DNA from: a virus
Lineage: Duplodnaviria > Caudoviricetes
Direction: 5' to 3' (one strand)
Length of the DNA: 64,000 bases
Virus record (IMG/VR): IMGVR_UViG_3300028833_000121
Coordinates: 1-64,000 of that record
Shown: positions 18,805 to 29,417 of the stretch, piece after piece
How positions within the stretch are numbered: the first letter of the stretch is position 1
Layout: every line of letters begins with the position of its first letter
Program-made: the position numbers and the translations under genes
The notes under the pieces: model-generated
What the model saw: only the letters and a program-made list of their open reading frames with translations
The model's database searches: none
Told to the model about the DNA's origin: nothing

Positions 18805-20376
18805 TTAAGTTCCTTTAGTAACACTGACATCAGTCGTATCTTTAAGAACTGTAACGCTATCTTTATTATTCCAGGCTGTATTAGCTCCACTAGCGGTAGC
18901 ACTAATATCTACGCTAGTAGGTGTAACGGAAATTGTAGAACCAGTTCCAAGAACTGTGTCTGTACTAGGAGTACCAAGCGCAGTAACCGCATCTCCAGTA
19001 CCATCCGCGCCAACCGCGGTACCACTTGCACTTGCACTTAAATATCTAGTAGTTGCTGCCCCAATACCCGTTGCAACAGTAACATCACCGGCTGTCCCAC
19101 TTGCAATAGTGATGGTTGGGTCTGTTACGCTGAAAGTAGAAGCAGTACCAAGTACAGTATCTGTAGAAGGACTCGCGTAACCTGTAACCGCATTAAATGT
19201 ATCTCCAACGCTTACATCAGTTACTACATCCGCGCCACTTCCACTGGTAGTTGTAGCACCAGTAGCGACAGTTGTCGCACTTGAAGCTGCGGTAGGAATT
19301 GTAATACTGCTAGGTGCACCTGCTGAATAAGTGGTCTAAGTATTCATAGTAGCTGCGCCAATAGTCAAGACACCATTACTTACGCTCACGCCCTTAAGCC
19401 AATCAGTATTTGTTGTACTTGAAGTACCCGCGCCAGTTGCTGTGGTCTAAGAACTTCTCGTTTTTACTACATCAGGTGTTGTGCTACCACTTACTCCAGT
19501 TACTGTAGTAGTAGCTAATTTCTTTGTTGTTGGAGTAACTGATTTAACAGCACTCTAAGTACTAGGAGTACCTAATCCAGTAATAGCTGTAACGCTATCA
19601 CCACTCGCGCTTACTGCACCACCACTTGCGCTTGCAGAAAGCTTTGTAGTAGTTGCAGTACCTTGAGACTGCACATAAGTAATACGTCCTGTGCTGGTAC
19701 TACTATTAGCAGTTAAAGTTATTGTAGGTTGAGTAGTGACCTTAACGCCCTTTAAAAAAGTATCAGTAGAAGGTGTGCCCAATCCGGTTAAAGCTGTAAC
19801 TGTGTCCCCACTAGCCGTTACACTTGCAATATCAGTTACAACTCTTACCTATTGATCGTAACTTTTTGGCGGTGGCCCACTTGCTGGAGTGGTTGAAAAT
19901 GTAATAGTAGGCTAAGTGATAGTGAATGTAGCATCACTACCAATTACTGTATCAGTCTACTTAGTAAGACTTACTCCAGTTACTACATTACTTAAATCTA
20001 TCTAAGTATCACCAATTTTCTCCCAAGTTTTACTACCAGCTTCACCAACAGGTGCATATTCATCATATTTATCCAGCGCGCCACCTGCTTGTGTCGCAGA
20101 CTTTACTAAATAAAATGCGCCAGCCTGCGCGCTATCTGCTGTTAAAGTACCAGTATAATTTGTGCCATTGTAAGTAACTACAACTCCTGCGGGAATATTG
20201 GCTACAACTGGTGCTGCAGAACCATCCCAGGCGATAATATATGCAACACCACCAGCAATAGCCTGACTTAAAGTATCAACAACGTCTCTAATTTCCCTAT
20301 CAGCAATATAATAAGTATTACCAGAAGGTAAAGTTATTCTATCAATAATAGGTGTATTTACATCGACATATGCCAT
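18805..20376 (-). CDS. Thr/Ser-rich repetitive virion protein (TAG-recoded)
   Basis: 523 aa; internal D.VTA.TGLGTPST repeats. Confidence 0.75.
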
Positions 20377-20389
20377 ATCTTTATCTCCT

Positions 20390-20749
20390 TTAGTTTCTAT
20401 TAAAAATTAATTCGCCTTCAATAACTTCAGAATAATCATTTACATTTAATTTATTATTCCAAAAAGTTTTTTCGACAGCAGTAACGTGAGCATTAGCATC
20501 ATTTATATGTGCTAATAACTCCTATCTTAATTCTTTGTCAACAAATGGAAGATCTTGTACATAAGTTTGCCCGTCTCCAACTTTGATTCCAGGCACCCAA
20601 GTAATAACATTATCCCCATTTATTTCTTCTGTTATACTTTTATAATCGGTATAAATTATAATTTCTCCATCTAAAGGAACAAAACCTCTAGCATGGTTCC
20701 AATTATCTGTAGTATCTCGTTTTAATTTTATTCTCGCGCTAGTACTCAT
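20390..20749 (-). CDS. tail-fibre N-terminal (Mtd_N/hyaluronidase-N-like) domain protein
   Basis: RIKLKRDTTDNW...PLDGEIIIY...KVGDGQT..DLPF. Confidence 0.7.
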
Positions 20750-20751
20750 AT

Positions 20752-21081
20752 TTATTCTCTCCATAGAACTGTAGTACTAGTACCACAATCAACTATTAAA
20801 TTTTCAAATTTCTAATCTACGTATTCTTTTTTCGCATAATCCGCGCCATCAGCTAAATCTTCTACTTCTACTGTAGATAAAAGTTCCATTAACTAATCTA
20901 CTGTAATTCCAATATATTCTAATTCTAACCAAGGCGTTTCTCCATTACCTATCTTTAACCCATAAACATCATAGGCAAATCCTGGTTCTCCTAAAGCTAA
21001 AACTGGGTTTTTTGTATTCCATTCAGCTTCAGTTGCGCGGCGCAGTTTGAATATAGTCTTCAAGATCTTTTTCGTAACCAT
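20752..21081 (-). CDS. tail-fibre N-terminal (Mtd_N-like) domain protein
   Basis: FKLRRATEAEWNTKNPVLALGEPG...KIGNGETPW..L.Y. Confidence 0.75.
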
Positions 21082-21235
21082 CGACATCACCGCCATCAAA
21101 AATAATTATTAAATCTAGATCTAAGTTGATACTACTATCAACTTTATTAAACTATCCTCTAAAATTTACCTAAGAATTACCAGAATTAAAACTAGACTTA
21201 AAGTAACTTTCATTATTTTTCATTCTGCCAATCAT
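21029..21235 (-). CDS. small hypothetical protein (TAG-recoded)
   Basis: 68 aa with IIIFDGGDV motif, overlaps both neighbours. Confidence 0.5.
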
Positions 21236-21567
21236 TAGATTTCACCATCCAATAATACATCACCAAGTCTATCTTTCATTACATCGCTTACTAAACATTC
21301 ACCATTAGTTAATCTAACTCTTATCTATATCAAGATAAGTGAATCACGCTGTCTATCTAACCAGCTATATTTATCAAAAGATAAAGTATCCGCCTGCGTA
21401 AGCTATAATGAAATAGTTTCTTCATCTGGCTAAAAAGTTATATCTGTTAATTCTTTTGTAAATTTAACCTTTCCTTTCTAAAAATAAGTAATCTTTAAGA
21501 CGCTTACTTCATTTTGTTTAAAAGGAAAATAAAATATATGTTTTGGGGTAGTGCCTCTATAAGTCAT
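21235..21567 (-). CDS. BppU-like accessory protein (TAG-recoded), paralog of 5675-5980
   Basis: MTYRGTTPKHIFYFPF...LTQADTLSF; 110 aa. Confidence 0.65.
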
Positions 21568-21588
21568 ACCTATACTAACCCTCCATAT

Positions 21589-21614
21589 CTATAATACTCT
21601 ATAAATTAAGTAAA
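21589..21614 (-). promoter_or_regulatory. candidate phage late promoter
   Basis: TTTACTTA-AT-TTATAG-AG-TATTATAG at the head of the tail operon. Confidence 0.55.
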
Positions 21615-21657
21615 ATAAAATTAGGTAAGCTCTACTTTTCTCAGACCGTTTTAAAAT

Positions 21658-21686
21658 TTGAAAAGTAATGAAAATTATGGTATAAT
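21658..21686 (+). promoter_or_regulatory. sigma-A/70-type promoter
   Basis: TTGAAA-17 nt-TATAAT, preceded by TGG. Confidence 0.8.
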
Positions 21687-21765
21687 AAAAGAGTAGTAAG
21701 CAAAAGAAATAAATAATATAATAGGAATAATATATAAATTAAATATATATTTAAGGAGATATATA

Positions 21766-22857
21766 ATGTATAACTTCCATAATCTAGAACCACAGAAATA
21801 TTGGACTTTTGGAGCAAGCGCAAAAGTAGACCCAAGAGTTGAAGCAAAAAATATGATTTTTAGCGGAAATTATATAGGTTCACGAAAAATAGACGGCGCA
21901 TTTTATAAGTTTTGGAAAGATGAAAATGGTAACATGGAACTTTTAGGACGTTCCAAAGGAGTAAATGGAGATTATCTTAATAAAATAGATTGGGTTCCAC
22001 AATTAAATTCTTTCTTTGAAGTACTTCCTAATGGAACCTGTTTAATTGGAGAAATTTACTTTCCTAATAATGAGGGCTCTAATCATGTGACTTCAATCAT
22101 GGGGTGTTTAAAAGATAAGGCTATCGCGCGTCAAATGTCTGGAGATAAACTTCATTATTATATTTTTGATGTACTTGCATACGACGGTGAATCTCTTTTA
22201 GATAAAGTTATTGAAACTCGTATTCAATTTCTTCAAATGATTATGCAAACTACTTATAAAACTCATAATACCTATATTGATTTCGCTCACTATTATGAAG
22301 GAGAAGAATTATGGAATATGCTCCAAACTATTCTCGCAGATAATGGTGAAGGTATTGTAATTACAAAAAAAGGAACTTGCTACCAACCAGGTAAACGTCC
22401 AGCTCGTCAGACTCTTAAAGTTAAAAGAGAACTCCAAGAAAGCTTAGATTGTTTCTTTACAGGGCGCGCGACTCCTCCAACTAGAATATATAGTGGTATT
22501 AGCTTGCCTAGCTGGGAGTACTGGGAAGACCCAGTAACTAAAGAGAAGCTTAAAGGTAATCATTATAGAGAATATATGAATGGCGCGCCTATTGAACCAG
22601 TTACTAAATCTTATTTTAATGGAATGGCCGGAAGTCTAGAGATAGGAGTTCTTCGAGATGGAAAAGTTTATCCGATTGGGTATCTTAGTGGACTTAGTGA
22701 TGAAATTAAGAGTAACTATAAGGATTATACTGGTAAATGTTTGGAAGTAGGAGCTATGCAGTTTACAGAAGATAACGCGCTGCGCCATGCAAAAATGATT
22801 AGGCTTCGTCCTGATTTGAATATTGAGGATTGTACTTGGGAGAAATTAGGTCTGTGA
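21766..22857 (+). CDS. lig: ATP-dependent DNA ligase
   Basis: KIDG motif I, LIGEIY, YYIFDVL, GEGIVI, LKVK and OB-fold motifs. Confidence 0.92.
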   Translation: MYNFHNLEPQKYWTFGASAKVDPRVEAKNMIFSGNYIGSRKIDGAFYKFWKDENGNMELLGRSKGVNGDYLNKIDWVPQLNSFFEVLPNGTCLIGEIYFPNNEGSNHVTSIMGCLKDKAIARQMSGDKLHYYIFDVLAYDGESLLDKVIETRIQFLQMIMQTTYKTHNTYIDFAHYYEGEELWNMLQTILADNGEGIVITKKGTCYQPGKRPARQTLKVKRELQESLDCFFTGRATPPTRIYSGISLPSWEYWEDPVTKEKLKGNHYREYMNGAPIEPVTKSYFNGMAGSLEIGVLRDGKVYPIGYLSGLSDEIKSNYKDYTGKCLEVGAMQFTEDNALRHAKMIRLRPDLNIEDCTWEKLGL

Positions 22858-23228
22858 GTAGTTATGAAGAATAGGTGGCACTTATATTAAAAAAAGAACG
22901 TATTAAATTTTAGCGTGAAAAGACATACTCTGATTTAAAACGCGGTAAATATAGATATGATTTTTATTTGCCTACTTTAAATTTTCTTATTGAACTTGAT
23001 GGATAGTTTCACTGGTATCCAATACGTGGTGAGTAGGAATTAAAAAATTAGAAAGAACATGATAGACAAAAAAATTCTTACGCACTCGCGCATAATATAC
23101 CATTATTTAGAATCCCATATTGGGATTTAGATGGCGGCGCCATCAAAACTTTTAATGACCTTATTCAAAAGAAATATCATGTAACTAGTAAATGGCATAA
23201 CGATAGATTAAAAGTCCCAAAAAAATAA
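22854..23228 (+). CDS. DUF559/PD-(D/E)xK endonuclease-like protein (TAG-recoded)
   Basis: YDFYLP..NFLIELDG*FH...KNSYALAHNIPLFRIPYW; GTG start. Confidence 0.75.
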
Positions 23229-23261
23229 AGTTCTAATATACTACTTCTACTTAGTTATGAG

Positions 23262-23765
23262 GTGATGGTAATGGGACTTTTTAAAGCTTTTGAGAGCTGG
23301 ACTTTTTCTGACTTTGCTAGCTTTATTGGCGGTTTATTTATAATAGGTTCTATCATCTTTGAGGCTTTTAAAAAGGCAACTGAACGAACCGAATGGGCCA
23401 AAAAGAGAAAAGAAAAAAGAAACGCTGAAAAAAGAGAAGCTGCGAAGAAATAGTATAGAGAATTTACAGATGAATTTGTTAAAGAATTTGTTCCTCCGTT
23501 GGTAAAACCATTTGCAGAAGCAGATGAGCAAATTATGAAATCTTTAAGTAATCTTACTAATTCTTCTAATGATATGTTGCGAAAAGAAATGACTGACATT
23601 TATTATAGATACTTACCTTATAAGAAAATTTTATAGTATGATAAAAAATGTTTCGTTAAATTATATCATGACTACGGCGCGCAAGGCGGAAATACTTACA
23701 TTGATACTCTTTGGGAAGAAATCCAAACATGGGATACAGTATTAACTGAAGATGAATTATATTAA
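23262..23765 (+). CDS. single-TM membrane protein, possible lysis regulator (TAG-recoded)
   Basis: N-terminal TM, C-terminal GGNTYIDTL motif; 167 aa. Confidence 0.6.
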
Positions 23766-23771
23766 ATTATG

Positions 23772-23793
23772 GAGAAGCTAAATTTAGCTTCTC
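23772..23793 (+). terminator. intrinsic terminator
   Basis: GAGAAGCTAAATTTAGCTTCTC followed by T-rich tail. Confidence 0.65.
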
Positions 23794-23810
23794 TATTTTA
23801 TTATAAAAAT

Positions 23811-23839
23811 TTGAAGTTTAAACAGATTTGTGATATAAT
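23811..23839 (+). promoter_or_regulatory. sigma-A/70-type promoter
   Basis: TTGAAG-17 nt-TATAAT, preceded by TGA. Confidence 0.75.
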
Positions 23840-23872
23840 ATATATAGAAAGAAAATAGGAGTGGTAGAATTT

Positions 23873-24946
23873 ATGGAATACATTATTTACTGTATTCTTG
23901 GAGTTTTACTATTATTTTTTATTATTCTCTTTTTTAAATAGCAAAAATAGAATAAATATTTATTAGAAGAAAATAAAAAAATAGAAGAAAATAAATTAGA
24001 AGAATTAAATTAGAAATATAATAAAAGAAAGGAGTCTCTCGAAGAAGATTATAATAAAAAATAGGAGTATCTTCAAGATTAGTACAAAAAAAGAGAAAAT
24101 CAATTATATCAAGATTTCTATCAAGCGCAATAGAATTATAATAAAATAACTGAAAATTTAAATTAGAATTTTAAAAGATATAAAGAATCTTAGTATAAAT
24201 TAATACAAGAAGATTTAGAAGAATACAGTAAAAATGAAAAATTTAAAAAATAGATTGAAATAGAAAAAAATACTTAGGAACTTTACGAACAGTATATAAA
24301 AAAACAAAAATTACTTGAAGAAGAATTTCAATCTAAAAAAGCAGAAATAGAATCTGAAATAGAAGAAACTTATGATGACGCCGCGGAAGCCGCCTTAGAA
24401 TATTGCGATATACTTGAGACTTTAGATGATTTTCGCAGACGGCGCGAGGTCGTAAATTCATAGATATTGCGCGAAAAACAAATACAAGAAGAAAAAGATT
24501 ACTACCGTATTTGTTTAAGTTAGAATGATATAGAAGATTTGTAGATTATTAAAGATATAGAACATAAATTTAATAACAAAGAAGTTTTACATAGAGCCGC
24601 TTTCGATTGTTATGTGCGCCGGCCGCTATCTGAGATGGAAAAGCGGGTCTTAGGTAATAAGAAACCGAGCGGAATTTATATCATAACCTATATTCCTACT
24701 GGAGAAATATATATAGGGCGCTCTACTGATATAGCTAACCGCTGGGTAGAGCACGTAAAGAGCGCATTTAATTTAGGTACTATCGCGCACAGCTCTCTTC
24801 ATACTAAAATGGAAGAGAAAGGAATTTGGAATTTTAGTTTTTAGATTTTAGAAGAAGTGCCAAAAGAAAAATTAAACGAAAGAGAAAAATATTGGATTAA
24901 TTTATATGGCGCGACCGCGCTATTAAATTAGAAACAGGGTGGATAA
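23873..24946 (+). CDS. membrane-anchored coiled-coil protein with C-terminal GIY-YIG nuclease (14 TAG)
   Basis: TM at residues ~3-21, long K/E/Q coiled coil, SGIYIIT...YIGRS...RW.EH...LNEREKYWI. Confidence 0.85.
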
Positions 24947-25999
24947 ATGAATTTAAGTAAAAAATAGAAAGAAATAGTTGAATCACCATATTCTAAAATA
25001 GTTGTCCATGCGGCTGCCGCTAGTGGAAAAACTACTCTTATAACTGAAAGAGTAAAATTTATGCTTTCACACGGTTGTAAACCAGAACGAATGGTTGTTA
25101 TTACTTTTACTACTGCCGCGGCAGATGAAATGAAAAAAAGAATTGGCTATGTTGAAGGGTTATTTATTGGAACTATTCATGCATATGCGCTCTATCTTTT
25201 AAGTGTATATGGTTTAAATGAAAAAGCTTTATAGTATATAAATGAAGATAAATTTGATAATCTTTTTACTATGGTAAAACGACATAAAAAATGTATTAAA
25301 CCAGTAGATTATCTTATAGTAGATGAAGCTCAAGATTGCTCTGAAAGTGAATGGGAGTTTTTTGCATTAATAGATCCTGCTGGATTCTTCTATTGTGGTG
25401 ACACAAGACAATGTATTTATGAATGGCGAGATGCTAAACCAGCTGATTTTTTAGAAGTAGCTTCTTATGAAGATGTATACACTTATTCTCTTGATGAAAA
25501 TTATAGAAATGGATACCGTATTCTTAATTTTGCCAAAGATATTATAACTCGTACTAAATCTCATATGTATGATGATTCAATACCAATGCGTCATACTTCA
25601 GGGAAAGTTGAATGGGTCGAATTTAACTTAGGTAATATAGCTAAATTAATTAAAAATAGTCAAGAGCCATACGGAAGCTGGTTTATACTCGCGCGCACTA
25701 ATGATTAGATAGAAAGTATATAGTATATTTTAGATTCTTATCGTATACCAAATATTACTTTTAAGCGTGGTGGAAAAAGCTTTGATGAATTAAATGCTCT
25801 TACTAAAGAAGATAAAGTAAAAGTCCTCACAATCCATACTGCAAAAGGACTTGAGGCGGATAATGTAGTAGTTATTGGAACTAGGTTATGGGGCGATGAA
25901 GAAATAAGATTAGCTTACGTAGCGGCGACTCGTGCAAGAGAAAATTTATATTGGGTATATAATAAAAAGAAAAAAGCTAATATAGAAAGTTGGGAATAA
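24947..25999 (+). CDS. compact UvrD/Rep-like SF1 helicase (4 TAG)
   Basis: AAAASGKT, TFTTAAADEM, VDEAQD, GDTRQCIY, NYRN, TIHTAKGLE, YVAATRA. Confidence 0.92.
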
Positions 26000-26001
26000 A
26001 T

Positions 26002-26196
26002 ATGGAAAATAAAATTATTTGGTTTAAAGAACCACTAATTAAAACGCAAGAAAATGGAATAACTATTAGCCTGATTGGGTGGTATGATAGAGGAACGCGT
26101 GCGGTATGTCGTGGTTTTATAATTTATAATGAAGATAGTTTAGATTATATTTGTGGAGTTGATAAAAATCAAATAATAGGAGATTCTAATGTTTAA
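26002..26196 (+). CDS. hypothetical protein
   Basis: Short ORF in operon. Confidence 0.55.
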   Translation: MENKIIWFKEPLIKTQENGITISLIGWYDRGTRAVCRGFIIYNEDSLDYICGVDKNQIIGDSNV

Positions 26197-26350
26197 GGTT
26201 AAATATAAATATAATAATGAGATTTATACTGTTCTTAGCGTAAGATATGATGAATACTATCAAACTACTCGTTTTCTTGTATGGGTAGAAGATAATTGGA
26301 AATGGGTAAGAGCTGATAATTTTGTTCCACCTAATGTAAATATAGATTAA
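26189..26350 (+). CDS. hypothetical protein
   Basis: 53 aa MFKVKYKYNNEIYTVL..., overlapping start. Confidence 0.55.
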   Translation: MFKVKYKYNNEIYTVLSVRYDEYYQTTRFLVWVEDNWKWVRADNFVPPNVNID

Positions 26351-26366
26351 GAGAAGTCAATTAAAT

Positions 26367-26395
26367 TTGACTTCTTTTTTAATTTATGATATAAT
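26367..26395 (+). promoter_or_regulatory. sigma-A/70-type promoter overlapping a terminator hairpin
   Basis: TTGACT-17 nt-TATAAT; AGAAGTCAA/TTGACTTCT stem plus T-run overlaps the -35. Confidence 0.8.
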
Positions 26396-26429
26396 ATTTA
26401 TAGAAAAAGAAAATAGGAGAGTATACGAT

Positions 26430-28280
26430 TTGAGTTATACAGTTGATGATATTAAATCTCTTTCTTTTAAAGAAGGAGTGCGCCAACGAATTCAAATGTA
26501 TTTGGGTTCTAATGATTTAGATGGAACTTATCAAGCGCTGAAAGAAATAATAAATAATTCTACTGATGAAGCTATTGCTGGGTATGGTAAAAGAATAGAA
26601 GTATATGTATCTGAAAAAAATAATAGAGTTGGAGTAAGAGATTACGGGCGCGGAGTACCATTCGGAATTAGAGAAGATGGAGAAAATGTACTAGTATCCA
26701 TCTATTCTAAATCACATACTGGTGGTAAATTTGAAGAGGGCGCATATAAAAATGCCAGTGGTCTGAATGGCATTGGTGCTAAATGCGCGTGTCTTAGTGC
26801 GGAATATTTTGAAGTTACTTCATTTAGAAATGGAAAATTTGCAAAAGCTTTTTTTTCTAAAGGAAATTTAGTTGAGTACGTAGAAGGAATCACTGATGCG
26901 GCGGATGGTACATATGTAGTCTTTGTACCCGATAAAGAAGTATTTAGTAATGGAGAAATAGGATATAAATACTCTAAAATTTGCGAAGATTTAAAGAATA
27001 TTTCATATTTATATAATGGAATTACTTTTTATATTAAAAATGATGATACAAACGAAGATAAAGAGTATTGCGCGAAGAACGGAATTAAAGATTTTATAAA
27101 AGATAATTTATCTACTCCTTTACATCGTACAATTCAATATAATAAAGTTAGCGATGGCGTAGATGAATTAGAGATTGCTTTCCAATGGGGTGCAAAGAAA
27201 GAAACCTCTTACGTATTTGTTAACGGCTTGCTTTGTCCAGAAGGCGGCAGTCCAATAACTGGCGCGAAAACAGCTATCACACGTACATTTAATTCTCTTT
27301 CAAAACAAGATTTTGATGGAGATGCGATTAGAAATAATTTATTCTATGTAATTAATTGCTCTGTCGCGCAACCTTCATTCGCAAATCAAACTAAGTCTAA
27401 AATTAATAATACAAATCTTCGTACTCTTGCGTCAAATGCTTTTAGTGAAGCACTTAAGCAAATGAAAATTAAAGTTCCGCAAGAATTTGATGTAATTGTA
27501 GAGTTGCTTAAAAAGGTAGCTCGCGCGGAAGCCGCGGCGGAGAAGGCGCGTCAGCAAGTTCTTAACGCTTCAAAAGAAATTGAAAAGAATCAAAAGAAAA
27601 AGGTTTTTGCATCTGATAAGTTGAAAGATGCGGAGTTTCTTGGGCAGGACTCAACTCTTCTTATTGTTGAAGGTAACAGTGCTATGGGTGGTATGGCTCA
27701 GGCGCGCGATTATAAGAAGTATGGTATCTTAGCAATTAGAGGTAAAATTATTAATTGCTTATCAAATCCCGAAGAGAAGATTTTTGAGAACGAAGAAATT
27801 AAACTTCTTTTGAGCGCGATGAATATCGTACCAGGAAAATATAATAGTTCAAAACTTCGTTATGGCCGTCTTGCAATTTGTACTGATGCAGATAGCGATG
27901 GATACCATATTGGACTTCTAATTATGGCTGCGCTTACCTATCTTGCGCCGCAGTTTATTAAAGAAGGTCGTTTGTGCTGGTTGCGCTCACCGCTTTATAT
28001 CGTCAATAACGGTAAGCAAGAAAGTTATTATTTTGACGATGCAGAGTTTAACGCTGTGCGCGGTAAGATTAAAGGTGAAGTAACGCGCGCGAAAGGTCTT
28101 GGTGAATTACCGCCTGAAACTGCGCGAGCATCTATGTTTACTGAGCAGTATCAGCGCATGGAAGCTATGGAATATAGCGATGAAGCATTAGGTTTACTAT
28201 ATGATTTAATGGGTGAAGATGTAAAGAGTAAAAAAGATTTTATATTTAATAATATTGATTTTTCGGAGATAACAGAATGA
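26430..28280 (+). CDS. gyrB: type II topoisomerase B subunit (GyrB/ParE-like)
   Basis: GHKL motifs EIINNSTDE, DYGRGVP, GLNGIG; Toprim VEGNSA, RGK, DADSDG; probable TTG start after GGAG; no TAG. Confidence 0.93.
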   Translation: MSYTVDDIKSLSFKEGVRQRIQMYLGSNDLDGTYQALKEIINNSTDEAIAGYGKRIEVYVSEKNNRVGVRDYGRGVPFGIREDGENVLVSIYSKSHTGGKFEEGAYKNASGLNGIGAKCACLSAEYFEVTSFRNGKFAKAFFSKGNLVEYVEGITDAADGTYVVFVPDKEVFSNGEIGYKYSKICEDLKNISYLYNGITFYIKNDDTNEDKEYCAKNGIKDFIKDNLSTPLHRTIQYNKVSDGVDELEIAFQWGAKKETSYVFVNGLLCPEGGSPITGAKTAITRTFNSLSKQDFDGDAIRNNLFYVINCSVAQPSFANQTKSKINNTNLRTLASNAFSEALKQMKIKVPQEFDVIVELLKKVARAEAAAEKARQQVLNASKEIEKNQKKKVFASDKLKDAEFLGQDSTLLIVEGNSAMGGMAQARDYKKYGILAIRGKIINCLSNPEEKIFENEEIKLLLSAMNIVPGKYNSSKLRYGRLAICTDADSDGYHIGLLIMAALTYLAPQFIKEGRLCWLRSPLYIVNNGKQESYYFDDAEFNAVRGKIKGEVTRAKGLGELPPETARASMFTEQYQRMEAMEYSDEALGLLYDLMGEDVKSKKDFIFNNIDFSEITE

Positions 28281-28514
28281 ATAATTTTATTTGTCCAATT
28301 ACTATTGAATAGCAAGAAGATTTAAAGTTTAATTTCAATAAAAAGAAAAAAATATATTTAGATACAAATAAGTTTTTTTGGATTTATCATAATAAATTAT
28401 GTTTGTATTTTTTCTCTATAACCGGCGTAGTTGAATTTTATGTACCAGAAGAAAATTTATGTAAATTTATTTAGGAGTATCTAAATAGTTCTGATTTTTC
28501 GGAGATAACAGAAT
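28256..28514. repeat. 23-nt perfect direct repeat flanking a small ORF
   Basis: TGATTTTTCGGAGATAACAGAAT at 28256-28278 and 28492-28514. Confidence 0.95.
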
Positions 28515-28516
28515 AA
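28277..28516 (+). CDS. hypothetical protein ending in a copy of the GyrB C-terminus (TAG-recoded)
   Basis: 79 aa via 2 TAG, ends SDFSEITE like GyrB IDFSEITE. Confidence 0.6.
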
Positions 28517-28517
28517 T

Positions 28518-28763
28518 ATGGAATGTCCTAAATGTTGTTCATATAATGATTATAATGGAATAAGCTGTAAAAGATGTGGGTATGAAAGAGAAAAGATAGT
28601 AAAACTTAATAAAGGAGATATTTTTATAATAGATGTTCATACTTTTTTAAGAGAAGAAATGTATAAAAATCCTATATTTAAAGTTTTAACAAGAGAAGAA
28701 ATAATAAAAGAAAATATGTATATTCCTAATGAATATGGTTGGTTAGTAATAAAAATGGGGTAA
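28518..28763 (+). CDS. hypothetical zinc-ribbon protein
   Basis: CPKC...CKRC. Confidence 0.6.
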   Translation: MECPKCCSYNDYNGISCKRCGYEREKIVKLNKGDIFIIDVHTFLREEMYKNPIFKVLTREEIIKENMYIPNEYGWLVIKMG

Positions 28764-28767
28764 AATT

Positions 28768-28974
28768 ATGCTTAAAGAAGATTATGAAAATTATAATATC
28801 CATGATATTGAAATGGAGATAGCTCGTAAACCTCTTAAAATAATAGAACCATCATATGAATATTTAATAGGTTTTTATGATGGTATTTTTTGTGAGCAAG
28901 GCCAATTTGAATTAAGCTATGATTACTTAAAAGGATTTTATGAAGGCGTGAAAGTGAGGAAAAGTAATAAATGA
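28768..28974 (+). CDS. hypothetical protein
   Basis: 68 aa with repeated Y.YL.GFY motif. Confidence 0.55.
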   Translation: MLKEDYENYNIHDIEMEIARKPLKIIEPSYEYLIGFYDGIFCEQGQFELSYDYLKGFYEGVKVRKSNK

Positions 28975-29417
28975 GTGAAGATATAATTTATTTTTCTTTT
29001 AATAATTGGTTTAGCGGTAGAGATTATCCTATTGGAAATAAATATGAAGAATTAATAAATTCTCATAAATTTAGTGATAAAAATTGGGTTAAAGAAAATA
29101 AACTTGTTGTAGTAGCTGGTAATATTGATATGTCTGTTAATTGGTGTATCGCTGCGCCGAGAAAATGGGTAGAAGAAAATTTGCCAGAACTTTTAACTGA
29201 TGAAGAATATAATTATGATATTATTTCTTATTATAAAGGTGAGAATACAGTAACTACATATACAAAAAAATATAGTGATTTTGTATACCCTGGGACTCCT
29301 TGGGAATGTAAATATGGTATGCCTTTTAAAGAATATGATGAAGAAGCAGTAGGTGTATATTACGTAGAAGAGGATGAGTGGGAATGGAATGATGATGAAG
29401 AGGATGAAGAAGAATGA
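28971..29417 (+). CDS. hypothetical protein
   Basis: 148 aa with acidic C-terminus, overlaps gyrA start. Confidence 0.7.
   Translation: MSEDIIYFSFNNWFSGRDYPIGNKYEELINSHKFSDKNWVKENKLVVVAGNIDMSVNWCIAAPRKWVEENLPELLTDEEYNYDIISYYKGENTVTTYTKKYSDFVYPGTPWECKYGMPFKEYDEEAVGVYYVEEDEWEWNDDEEDEEE

Noticed and set aside
9500-21600. Mass pseudogenisation of tail genes suggested by the fragmented ORF track
   Set aside because: All breaks are in-frame TAG; read as Gln they give intact proteins
26367-26429. ORF-track N-terminal extension of gyrB
   Set aside because: It overlaps the promoter; the RBS supports a TTG start at 26430
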